DNA from: Proteromonas lacertae
Taxonomy: Eukaryota
DNA: 64,000 nt
Direction of reading: 5' to 3'
NCBI GenBank assembly: GCA_002245135.1
Contig: NGBS01000292.1
Coordinates: 186,001-250,000, forward strand
Shown here: one piece after another, positions 1-11,642 of the stretch
Position numbering within the stretch: position 1 is the stretch's first letter
Layout: each line of letters starts with the position of its first letter
Program-made: the position numbers and the translations under genes
The notes under the pieces: generated by a model
What the model was told of the DNA's origin: nothing
What the model saw: the letters and a program-made list of their open reading frames with translations, nothing else
The model's database searches: none

Positions 1-1142
1 TCATGTGAAACTACAATTAAAGTGCCTTTATATTCCATCAAATAGTTTTCTAGCCAAATACATGCATGTAAATCTAAATGATTGGTAGGTTCATCCAGTA
101 ATAATAAATGTGGATGAATATATAAAGCAGCAGCTAAGGATACTCTCATTCTCCAACCACCAGATAAGGCACTAGTTGGTTTATCTTGATCCTCTGTTGT
201 AAACTGCAAACCACTCAATATTTTTCTTGCTCTACTTTCAGCACTATCACTTTCTATTAAATCCAATTCTTCGTATATTTCTTTTAATTCATTTATCACT
301 TCTTCACTTTCTTCACCTTTTTCAACTCTTTCATTTAATTCTTTTTGACGAGTTAGTAATCTCACTCTATTTGCATCTATATCTAATACTGTATCTATGA
401 CACTTTTTTCAGTACTTTGTACTTCTTGTTCTACATGAATAATAGTCAAATTCTTTGGAAATCCTTTGATTAAACCTCTAGAGATATGTCTTAATAAAGT
501 ACTCTTACCAATACCATTTTGACCTACTAAACCATAGTGATGATCTTTAACAATATGTAATGTTGTATTATCTAATAAATCTTTACCTGGTACAGTTATG
601 GTAATATCGCTGATATTTATATCACCAACTGCAGTTGTTGTATCACTAGCCAATGAAATGAAAGGACCACTACCTCCTTCTTCATCTAAATAGTTTGTTT
701 TACGGATAAGATCATCTATAGCTGCTTTTTGCTTTTCTATTTTTAGTTCATCTTTTCGTTTTTGTTTTTCTGTAGTCTTGTCTTTAGCTCCTGAGAAATC
801 ATCACTTCGAATGAATGTTGCACTTCTATTGGATTTCTTTTTATTCTTTGGAGCTTCATCAGGCTTTGGTGATATTAATATTGCATTTTCTAGTACTTCT
901 AAGTCTGTTGACTTTGGAGTAGAATCAGATCCATCTAACTGATGGAGTAATTTACGAAAATTATGAATTTTTTGATTGACTTCATCCTCACCAATACCAC
1001 AATCGATCAAATTGTCATATAATAAATCTTGAATAGTTTCTTTGCTTCTATCATCCTCCAAAACCTGTGTAATATACTCTTGAATTGGCTCATCCAATAC
1101 AGACAGTTCGTTTCTAACAATATCTGCAATGTTTAAAGACAT
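1..1142 (-). CDS. ABCF3: ABC-F family ATPase (ABCF3/GCN20-like), 3' end runs off the window
   Basis: Open frame from ATG at 1142, not in the ORF track. Walker A GQNGIGKST, signature LSGGWRMR, Walker B LLLLDEPTNHLD, and IVVSH; no TM segments. Confidence 0.9.
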   Translation of the reverse strand, partial: MSLNIADIVRNELSVLDEPIQEYITQVLEDDRSKETIQDLLYDNLIDCGIGEDEVNQKIHNFRKLLHQLDGSDSTPKSTDLEVLENAILISPKPDEAPKNKKKSNRSATFIRSDDFSGAKDKTTEKQKRKDELKIEKQKAAIDDLIRKTNYLDEEGGSGPFISLASDTTTAVGDINISDITITVPGKDLLDNTTLHIVKDHHYGLVGQNGIGKSTLLRHISRGLIKGFPKNLTIIHVEQEVQSTEKSVIDTVLDIDANRVRLLTRQKELNERVEKGEESEEVINELKEIYEELDLIESDSAESRARKILSGLQFTTEDQDKPTSALSGGWRMRVSLAAALYIHPHLLLLDEPTNHLDLHACIWLENYLMEYKGTLIVVSH

Positions 1143-1219
1143 GGCAAATTAAAAATGTCAATAATTAACAAAATTACTGTCAATATGTAATTTACATTAT
1201 TCTATTTATTGCGTTTTTA

Positions 1220-2440
1220 ATGCCTTATCTATTTATAATAAACTTTTTGTTTGTGTGTATATATTCAAAATGTCATGAACAAGGTGATTGGCCTGCAGCA
1301 GATGAAGGTGAAGTGGTTAAACTTCCTTGTCCCAAATATTACTCTGGAAATCTCATTAGAACATGCTATAAATATTCATTAGATTATGGCTTTTGGGGGG
1401 CCATAACCCCTTGTGTTGTTGATCCAATTCAAACAGCTAGAATAATACATCCACATATAATAGTTCATCCACATCATAAATCACAGTTTTATACATTAGA
1501 TATTCGTGGAGCTGAGTTGAAATTTCAAATTATTTCAAATTATTCATTACCAGAAGGAATTATATTCAACTATACAACTGGCTTGTTAGATGGCACTGTA
1601 AATACTGTATTTAATGAAACAAAATATTCATTACTTGTGTGGAATAAACCATATTATCCTAATTTCACACTTCCATTTACAATAAAGTCTACTCTAAATT
1701 ACTGTCCAAAAGACAGGGTATGGAGTAAAACAGAAGGAGACTCAGTTTCATATTTACCTTGTAGATGTGACAAAAATACGGACGATTTTTATAATGACTC
1801 ATCTTCAGTCAAAGATGGTGATATTACTGGCATAATGACTAGATATTGTGCTTATGAAAGTAATGGAATCAACACAACATGGATGGGAGCTGATAAGAGT
1901 TTTTGTCAAGTTAAACAGAAGAATCCACCTAAAGAATGTGCATATTTATATTTTATACATAAATATAATAATTTAACTTATGATGAATTTGGCTTAAAAG
2001 AAGAACACGATTTGTTAGAATCATTTATAGAATTCTTGAATATTAGTAAGAATGAAATTATGATGTATGAGAAATCAGCATCTAATGTAAATAATAACCC
2101 TAGTTTGTTGATTAACCTACAATTTACACTCAATGAGAATAATATAGATGATTATAAGCAATCACTACCAGATATAATACAAGATAAAATGTTTGTAGAT
2201 ATGTTAATCTCAAAAGATGATTATTTTCAGAATATTACTACTATTGAAATTCAGAAAATTGAAGTGGTTTATCATCAAGAGAAAAACGTTTTATTGATAA
2301 TAGTGGTAGTGATCGTTATATTACTGCTGATATTTGCTACTTTATTGTGGTATTTTATAACACAATATAGGATAAAGAATTTATTACATACAAATGATAG
2401 TTTTGAAGCATCATTTGATTTATCTAATGAATCTATATAA
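1220..2440 (+). CDS. Intronless type-I membrane surface protein with two Cys-rich HRM-like modules and an Ig-like segment
   Basis: Signal peptide. Modules CHEQGDWPAADEGEVVKLPC..GNLIRTC..GFW..C and CPKDRVWSKTEG..LPC..GIMTRYC..W..C. LPEGIIFNYTTGLLDGT resembles the He_PIG Ig motif. C-terminal TM helix. Confidence 0.7.
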   Translation: MPYLFIINFLFVCIYSKCHEQGDWPAADEGEVVKLPCPKYYSGNLIRTCYKYSLDYGFWGAITPCVVDPIQTARIIHPHIIVHPHHKSQFYTLDIRGAELKFQIISNYSLPEGIIFNYTTGLLDGTVNTVFNETKYSLLVWNKPYYPNFTLPFTIKSTLNYCPKDRVWSKTEGDSVSYLPCRCDKNTDDFYNDSSSVKDGDITGIMTRYCAYESNGINTTWMGADKSFCQVKQKNPPKECAYLYFIHKYNNLTYDEFGLKEEHDLLESFIEFLNISKNEIMMYEKSASNVNNNPSLLINLQFTLNENNIDDYKQSLPDIIQDKMFVDMLISKDDYFQNITTIEIQKIEVVYHQEKNVLLIIVVVIVILLLIFATLLWYFITQYRIKNLLHTNDSFEASFDLSNESI

Positions 2441-2570
2441 TTTATTTATTGAATTTTGTTTTTTTAGAGTTTATAGAAAAATAGATTTGATTACTAGTTT
2501 GATAATTCTTTCATTTTTTTCATTTCTTTTTTTTCTACAGTATAAAATAAAGATTTGTAAATTTTTATAG

Positions 2571-3258
2571 ATGAGTGCATATGCAAACCAAAGTTTAGAT
2601 GATGTCATAGCTCAAAACAATCATAAAGACTATTCAAAACCAAATTATGGTAGAAGAGGTAGAGGCGGTGCTGAAGGTATATATATTTTTGCATTATTGA
2701 TAATATAATACTGTAGGCTCATCTCGTTCATTCGTTCAAAGAAATAACAGGTCAACTCCTTACCAAAGAGCTATAACTGATATCACTCCTCAATTTCATG
2801 GAATTCGAGGAGGATCTAATATGCAATTTGAAGTGAGAAGGAGAAGAGGTCGAAATTTCAATAGTGGATATAACAGAGACTTTAGAGAAGGAAATATTAA
2901 TCAAAAATGGAAGCATGATAAATTTGAGAATATAAAAAGTACAAATGGTGTGAGTAGAGTGAATTCAGTAACAAAACCACCATTGTCCACAGGTACAAAA
3001 CTAATGATAAGCAATTTTGCAAGTAGTGTAACTGAAGAAGATTTAACGCAGTTATTTGGAGCTATTGGTGAAATAAAGAGTTGTGAATTAGATTATGATA
3101 AAGAAGGAAAAAGTAAAGGAAGTGGAAGCGTAGTATATGTGAATCATGATGATGCAATTAAAGCAATAGATGAATATAATGATCGTGAATTAGATGGTAA
3201 AGCCATGAAAATCCATTTATTGTCATCAACAAATACAATATTTAGTCGTTTAAAGTGA
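2571..3258 (+). CDS. ALYREF: THO complex subunit 4 / ALY-REF mRNA export adaptor
   Basis: ATG 2571 gives MSAYANQSLDDVI (N-terminal UBM). Intron 2677-2716. RGG-rich region, KWKHDKF, then RRM TKLMISNF...GKSKGSGSVVY. Confidence 0.88.
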
Positions 3259-3631
3259 TAAACAATGGAAATTATGTAGTTTTTATTATTTTATTGGTTT
3301 TTGTTTTATTTCACTATTCATTTATTTGTATCTGTCGTTAAATTGTTATATCTTTAATCAGAATTAATTTAGATGTAGTAGTATGTAAATGATTGAACAT
3401 CTATGAAAATTTTCAATTATTTGTTCTTAGCAGCTTTAATTATGTAGATATAGAGATTTTTGTGTATCTGTAAATAGATTCGTTTTACAATCATTCATCA
3501 AAATTCATTTCTTTTTTCTTTGTGATCTGTATATAATTATTGTTATACAATTAATTTTTTATAACACTGCATTTATTATTACACACTTCTATATACAATA
3601 TGATATATATCACTATTCTTTTGTTTAGAAA

Positions 3632-4730
3632 ATGTCCCACGAAACAAGTCGTCCTAATGAATTAGTCCTTCCACAAGAAGAAGGCAATATGAATGTATTT
3701 TTGTTGTATATAATTGTCTAGTATCAATCTGGTTGGTATAATAAAAGCGGAAGTGCAAGTCCTCCAGCAGCTTCACCAGGAACTCCAGGAGATGCCTATA
3801 ATAAGCCATCTAGCAAGAAAACAGTAACTAGATTTGAACATTCAGAGATTTTGGAGCATTACATTGAATATCAATTGCCTGAATGTATAAAAAACGTAAT
3901 GAACAAGCCTGATATCAGTTCAATAATATCAGAACAAGCAATTCCCCCAGTTACTTTAACTTTAACTTCATTTAGTGATGAAGAAGTATATATTTGTAAA
4001 TAATAAAAATAATTATTCTTTATTAGACTACAAGATTTTGGAATGATGTATCCAAAATGAATCAAAAGAAAGGCCGTTTAGTTGAAGAAGATATGAGTTC
4101 AAATCCAACAGGAGGAATAAAAGGGAATATATATCATCCTAAGCATTTAGGATCTGCAAGTATGATATATATATAATATAATATAATAATATAATATATT
4201 TATTCATTTAGCAAATGGATCAGCTATTGAACATCAACAACCTTCCTATTTGTTAAATCGAAATAATAAACGTCCATCAGCTATGGAATCATCGAATTGG
4301 AGAGAAAGACCAATGGTTCAGCCACCTCCGCCTCAAGCCAATGTGCCAAGCCAAAGTCCAAACCGACCTCAAGCCATTGGAAGTAATTACAAATCTTCCA
4401 GTCATTACGAAGTAATTCATAAGAATAGAAGTAATTATGTAAAAGGAAGTGGTGGTAATAATAATAATAACAGTAGCTCTGAATCAGAAAGTGAAGAAGA
4501 AGGTGTTGATCATGAATCATTAAAACAAATGATGAAAAATGGCTTAAAGAAGCAGCAAACTGTAGTTCCAGCAGTTCCTACTAATAGTCAATCAAATACA
4601 ACACCATTACCAACACCAGATTCTGATAATGAAGATAATAATGCTAGTCCTAGCAATTTACCTCAATTTACTCCAGTTATTCGAACTAATTCAAATATTA
4701 TCAATAATAATAATTCATGTGATTCACCAC

Positions 4731-4762
<32 letters not shown>

Positions 4763-5215
4763 CCAAAAATCCAAAATAACATATTAATCTCAAACCTACA
4801 ACCAAGCCCAGTTGCTATTGATAAAAAGAACGATGCAATAAAATCAAATAACAATAACTCATGGAGTATTCCAGTAGTTCAATCAATACCATTAACTTCC
4901 AATATAATACCAACATGGAATAATGCTAATCCACAACCAGTGCCACCAATCCAACCAATCCAACCAATAATACAGCCAATACAACCGGTAATGCAGCCAA
5001 TACAGCCAATACAACCAGTGGTGTTAGAATATTATTATAAAGATCCTAAGAATATTGAAAGAGGACCATACAGTAGTGAAAAGATGAGAAATTGGTTTGA
5101 TGCTGGATATTTCACTAGCGATTTACAAATTAGAATACAAAACAGTGAATATAAGAGATTAGGAGCTATGTTTCCTAATATTAAACAAGCTTTCCTTGTA
5201 TATCCAAATATAGAC

Positions 5216-5246
<31 letters not shown>

Positions 5247-5699
5247 TTGAAATGGAGAAAAGAAATAACAATAATTGGTCAGTTCCATTGACAAGCCCAC
5301 TTCAAGCTCAACCTAATATTATATATGGAATTCAACCAGTTCCTAATAACAATAACAATAATAATAATAGAAAGATAATTAATCCACAGCCACAACCAAA
5401 TGAGGTAAAATGGAATAAACCAGTGATTAATCCAATATCATTAAGTGATATACAAAAAGAAGAACAAATGAGAATTCAACAACAACAACAACAACAACAG
5501 TCATCTAATGAAATGGATAAAGAGAAATCAAAGATCACTGTTCCACAACCAACAACAACAACATCCTCTACAGCAAGTATATGGGGAACTAATCCAATTA
5601 TACCTCAACAACAATCATCTAATACAACAACAACAACTGTACAACCATTATCATTGACTGAAATACAGAAACAAGAACAATTAAGGATGCAACAGATGC

Positions 5700-5733
<34 letters not shown>

Positions 5734-5835
5734 GTCGAATGTAATTAGACAATTACCACAAACTTCATGGAATATAAACTCAACTCCATCATTAACAGAA
5801 ATTCAAAAACAGGAACAGTTGAGAATGCAACAATT

Positions 5836-5873
<38 letters not shown>

Positions 5874-6779
5874 CATCAATTATTAATAACAGCAACAGAA
5901 GCAGAAATGCATGGGGTGCTGCAGCTGTAATTAAAGTAGAAAGTGAACCTTTAGATAAGATTCAAGAAAAACAAATGGAAGAATTAAAAGATAAAAATAG
6001 AACAACTGGTTCAACATTGAGTGATATTGTACGAAATAGTGCTTTAGCTGGAGGTAGTAGTAAATCATCTTGGGGAGTTCCAGTAACTGTATCAGCACCA
6101 GTAAAATCATTAGAACAACTACAGAAAGAAGAAATTGAAAAGAGAATGAAGAGTATATTTATTTAAATATTATTGTTTTTATAGTGGAAAGAGAGATGAA
6201 TTCAAATCCAATTATTCAACCATCTCCACCACAACCTGTTGCCTCAGCAGCATCAGTAGTAGCATCAGGTAATTCAGCATGGAAAGGTGTAAAAAGAGAG
6301 AATAATAATGTAATAGGTAATAGAATGAAATAATAATAATAATATTCCAAAGTTTAATCCACCACCACAGCAGCAACAACAACAACAACAGAGTTACAAT
6401 AATAATAATAATAGTGGTAGTGGCAGTGGAATGTTTTGGGAAACAGCTGGTTCAAAGAGTGAAGAGAGTGGAGATAACAGTGCAAAATTATTAAATGGTG
6501 AATTTGCTGAATGGTGTAAAGGTGAAGTAAAGAAATATCTTTTTTTTTAATATTATTATTATTATTATTATTTTCTTTAATTTATATTTTTTTACAATAA
6601 CTGGTCATGCAGATATATCATTATTGATTTCATGTCTATCATTGGATTCTTCTGCTAAAATTAGAGAATTTATTAGAGATTTGTATGGATCTAGGCCAGA
6701 AGTGTCAAACTTTGCAACAGAGTTTATTAGTAGAAAAGATAAAATGAAGAACAATGACAGAAAACGTGGAAGAAGGTAA
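3632..6779 (+). CDS. GYF-domain protein (GIGYF/Smy2-like)
   Basis: GYF domain YYYKDPKNIERGPYSSEKMRNWFDAGYF. Repeated SL(T/S/E)xIQKxE motifs and Q/N tracts. C-terminal EFAEWCKGEVKKITG...FATEFI. Four GT-AG introns, one AT-AC intron, and one +1 frameshift near 6330. Confidence 0.85.
6535..6595 (+). other. U12-type (minor spliceosome) AT-AC intron, 61 nt
   Basis: 5' ATATCTTT, branch-like TTTCTTTAAT at about 6572-6581, 3' TTTAC. Removal gives in-frame ...GEVKKITGHADISLL..., open to the stop at 6779. Confidence 0.88.
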
Positions 6780-6899
6780 TTTCAAAAGAATTGAAGAATC
6801 TCCTTTTATTTGAGATATACACCCTTAAAAAATGAAGATAATTAACAATAATAAAAGGATTGATATATGTGTATGTAGGGGTTTTTAAAACAAAAGAGA

Positions 6900-8293
6900 T
6901 TATTCTTTCCAATACTTGATTAAACTGACTGAGTCATCTTTATATAGTATACTAGCATATGGACAAACTGGTGTTCTAATATCAGTGAATAGTAACACTT
7001 CATTTCCATCTCTTTGTTTAATCAACATAGTATTCTGGTTAAGGTTGAATATCACCTCATATTCTTCTCCTTCCTTTGCATATACATCACTAAATTGACC
7101 TTCTTTCATTTTATTACCATGTGAACCATGTAAATATGAATAATCACTTAGTAAAGCAATACTACACGATTGTTTATCATTATTATTACAACTACAACCA
7201 AAACAAACACCATTATTACCATGTTTTATTGTAAATAGGAAATGATGAATATCTTTAGATATTATTACATTCAAATTACATTTTGCATTACATATACTGA
7301 ATATTCCACTTCCAACTGTATTTATAATTGTTTTACCATCTTCGCTGATTGATATATACTGGTGTTTATTCTCTTCGACGAATTTAGCTTCATCGATAAA
7401 TGGAATGACATTATCAATAACATTTACAGAATATATTCCATTAATTTCTGTTTCAAACTCTTCTATTGATATTCTATTTTCACTTTCTATTAACAATAAC
7501 TTGTGAATTAATGGGTTTATTAACTCAGAAAACTCAACGTCTAAATCATCAAATTTCACATTCAATATGTTTGACTTGATTTTGTCAATAGTCTCATCAT
7601 GAAATGGAAATTTACCACTTAACACTTTATATAATAACACTCCAATATTCCACAAATCTTTCTTTTCATTCACTTCTTTATTTAGTAATTCTTCTGGACT
7701 TGTATAATTCACATTATTCTCATTTATATCCAGCTCTTTTCCATTCAATAAATGATTAAAATAATCACAAATTTCATATTCTTTTTTATCATCTTCCTCA
7801 CTACATTCTTTTTATTATACATTACTCAATTTTAATCCACCATGATATAATCCATTTTCAGTGAAATAATTTTATAACTTCGATGATTGTTTTTAGGAAT
7901 TCATAAACACTATTTTCTTTGAAGAATACCATTAATTCAGTTTCATTCATCTTTTCTAATCTATTATCACCTCTACGCCTATATAGCATTAAATAGTCAC
8001 TATTATCACATAATATGTTGCTAACTAATATATTACCATTACTCAAACATTTTAAGTTTATCAACTCAACGTTCTTCTTAAATTTCACTTAAAAAAGAAG
8101 AATTAAAACATTCTTTTTTAATAACTTTCACTATTTCTTTTTTATCATCCTCATTTTGTGTTATTTCATATGTTTCAATCCCTTTACGCTTTTTTAGAGA
8201 TGATAAGTTCTAAATCATGATAAAACGCAATAAAAATACTTTTAAATTATCACCATATGCATTGTTTATACATTTTTCTACAATTTCACTCAT
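6900..8293 (-). pseudogene. Degenerate kinase-like protein with C-terminal SPRY/B30.2-like domain (pseudokinase; frame disrupted)
   Basis: YTSPEELL..DLWNIGVLLYKVLSGKFPF. Catalytic loop is HGGLKLSN and the DFG position reads CDY. Frameshifts near 8080 and 7860, plus in-frame TAA TAA near 7812-7817. Could be sequence errors rather than a true pseudogene. Confidence 0.55.
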
Positions 8294-8420
8294 TTTTCTA
8301 GTTATTTCAGTCGAAATTAAAAAATGAAAATCAAGTAAAACGGCTATTATTATTGAAACTCGAAAACTATGAATTAGGAAGAATTTCAAACAAACAATTA
8401 TAGTAAAAACTAAAAACAAA

Positions 8421-9666
8421 CTAACAATTACTTTTCATTAAACTCAAATCAATCCTTCTTCTATCATACCTCATTTTGCTTGTAAAATCAACTCCATTAT
8501 AATCATTATTCATTCCTCTTGATGAAGACAAAGGTTGAGCAGATCTTGGTCTTTCCCTATTTATCAATTTTGTAGTTTGGAAAGTATATCCTTTATTTGG
8601 AGCTTGTATTCTATTTTATAATATAATAATTATATTATATATACCCCAACTAATGGAATTTCTTCTACAGAAGTTTCTCTCTTAATAGACGAAGTATTAC
8701 TATTATTGGAATTAATTGATGCTCGGCTTGAATCAGGTTTGTTATTTTCAGGTATATCATATCCTCTTCCATTAGTTTTCCACAAATTTCTACATCTCTT
8801 CAATTGATTTGACAAATAGTGTAATCTCTTTGGATCATTAAGTAATTCATCAGGTCCTATCTGATGGGGATATTTTAAAAGATCGAACATTCGTATTACG
8901 AGTTAAAGGAATTCTATTTTCAATGTAAAAAAAAATCAAGATTTATAAATTATACTTTCCATTTTCCATTCTTTCCACTAGACTGGATAATATATTACAG
9001 TGCTCATATAACATTAATAATTCTTTCCTATAACCTAAAATTTGATCATTCTTATAATGATAAAACTTATTAAAATCATCTATAAATTTCTGTAGTTGAT
9101 CATCTCTTACTTTCAACCAATAAGCGAATTGTTCTTTTAAATGTGATATCTTATTCTCATAATTCATTACTAGAGCTTCCATTTCTTTATTCATTGTTAA
9201 TTTTTCACCATTTTTCATTGATTTTTCTAATTCTTTCAACTATTATATAATAATATAAAATAATAAGAAATATACTTTTTTAATATAATCTGAATCAATA
9301 TGCAATTTTTCAATCATTTTATTCAATTGATTTTCTCTATCATTTATAATATCTGTACTATGACTCATTACTTCTTTCATCTATAATAATAACAATAAAT
9401 ACACAAAAATACATCATTAATACACTGTCTTGTCCTATCATTCAATAATATTTCTTTTTCTTTTTCTTTAGCAATTATCTTCTTTTCTAGTCCAAATATC
9501 TTTTGATTTGCTTCACTTAATTTGTTCCTCATTTCATCCATTTCTTTCATATATTTTATCTTCAATTCGTTCAATTCTTCTGTCACTTCATTTAGTTTGG
9601 TTTGAAGATAATTATTTTCTTCACGAGATTTGTTTAATTCTTTAATGACTTCTTTACTTGCAAGTC

Positions 9667-9701
<35 letters not shown>

Positions 9702-11518
9702 TATACGCTATTCCTTCTTGATTAATTTCACTTCCACTTTCTCCATCACCTCCTTCACCATATCTATATCCTAGTATCCTACCATCATCACATTGAAATC
9801 TACCATCAGGTAAAAAATGGCCTTTTATTCCCAATTCAGCTAATATTCTTTCAAATCTTTTATTTCCTTCATCTTTCATATTGGCAAGTAATGTTTTTAA
9901 ATTAGTAATTTCAATTCCTAATTGTTTAATTTTGATTTTCATTTCATCTTCATTTTTGGTGATTGTATTGATTCTTGGTTGGTTATTCACATTTCTTACT
10001 CTATTAGCGAATTGTAATGTACTTAATCCTTCTTCATAATGTTCAGGATCTGGTCTAACTGTCGCTAATAATACTGTAAAACTATTTCCACCAAGACTAT
10101 TCTGTAGTAATCTTGTTAGTTTACTGTCTCTGTAGGGAATATGTGCTCCTTTGTTATCTAATGCCATTACTACTTTACCTAAAGCACTATTACAGTATAA
10201 TAATAAATGAAATAATATATAAAAAGAAATAAAAATATAAATTGTTTTGTTTTGAATATTTTCTTCTCTTTGTTGATATTGAATTGAATAAAGTCTTTCC
10301 TACATCAATCAATTATATATAATAAATAATAAATAAACATCAATATATATTCTATTATTCTCTATATTTACTATTCAATAATTTGATTGTGTAAATACAA
10401 AGACTCAATTCAATTCAATATCATAAATATTCAAAACAAAACAAAACTTTATAATAATAATAATAATAATAATAATATATATATATATACCTTAAACTCT
10501 TATTAATATTCAATGCTTCTTTCAATCTCATTCCAGTTGCTTCACTTTTCTTTACTCTTTCAGAACCAGCTAAATCTACAAAATTCATTTTACCTTCCTG
10601 TGTTAATCCTGTTATTGGATCTTTACTGGTTACTATCACTGTAAAAACAGTATGTGATCTTGAAGAAGTTGCATTCATCTTAGTTTCTTGTGTTGCTCTT
10701 AATTTAAATCCAATCTATACAAAAAGTATAATATTAGAAAGTTTACCTGTAAAATATTCATCACTTCAGTTGTATTGTTTACTGGTATGACGGTTAACCC
10801 TTTAGTAAATACTTTACCTTCATCATCTTCTCTTAATTCTAAGTTACTACTGTCTATTCTTTCTTTAGGTGAATCTGGACTGCCAGTACCAAACTTCTGT
10901 TGTTGTAGAGTGTGAAACCAATCAGCTGTATTTTCTAAAGGTTTATGAAGACGATCATTTGCATAGATATAGGCTATTCCTAAATCACGAATTTGATCAC
11001 AATACCTATTTTATTATATCAATTATATATTTATAATACATTTCTAGAAATGAGACTGATAATCCAATATCTTGTTTTCCTGTACTTCCTAGGCTTTTAA
11101 ATAAATAATCTAATGTTCGTGGTATTAAACCTCTTTTTTCACCACCTTCACCAAATATTGAATAGGTTTTACCTGAACCTGTTTGACCATAAGCGAAACA
11201 ACAACAATTAAAACCATTTAATACTTGTTCTACCATTGGTATACCTATTGGATCGAATATTTGGTCTTGCTGACTATCATCCCAAAAGATACCGTCATAT
11301 TGAAACATATGTTCAGCTCCGTATTGTTCTGGTTTTCCTATTAAATATTATTATATAACTGAAATACTGAACTGAAATATTTGTTCCTCTCCCACCTTAG
11401 GAAACATATCTGGTGTTAATTTGCTTCCATCTTCATTTGGCCTTACTCTTACGAAAACTTTGACCTTTGAATTCTCAGAATTTCCATTAGTATAATCAGT
11501 TACTGTAGCATATTCCAT
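8421..11518 (-). CDS. Kinesin motor protein with coiled-coil tail
   Basis: [61 protein letters not shown]. About 9 introns; two apparent +1 frameshifts in the tail. Family not assigned. Confidence 0.93.
10242..10444. repeat. Long imperfect inverted repeat inside the 304-nt kinesin intron (10187-10490)
   Basis: Perfect complementary blocks: 10242-10261/10425-10444 (20 bp), 10274-10289/10408-10423 (16 bp), 10292-10298/10399-10405 and 10306-10312/10383-10389. Confidence 0.9.
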
Positions 11519-11642
11519 AAATAAGAGAAAATTCAAAAAAATAAAAAAAATAAAACGTTTATAAAAATAGATTCGTTTGGCTTCTTTAAAAATAAGTTTT
11601 CATACACCGAAAACTTAGTTCCGTTCATATAGACATTATAAC

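Noticed and set aside
7812..7817. In-frame TAA TAA in the kinase-like gene suggesting stop-codon reassignment
   Set aside because: TAA, TAG and TGA all end conserved genes here and long ORFs lack internal stops; compensating indels or decay explain it.
8389..8396. TGTTTGTT (minus strand), the Blastocystis motif linked to polyadenylation-created stop codons
   Set aside because: The kinesin frame appears to have a templated TAG at 8421-8423, and every gene end I traced has a genomic stop, so no poly(A)-completed stop is evident.
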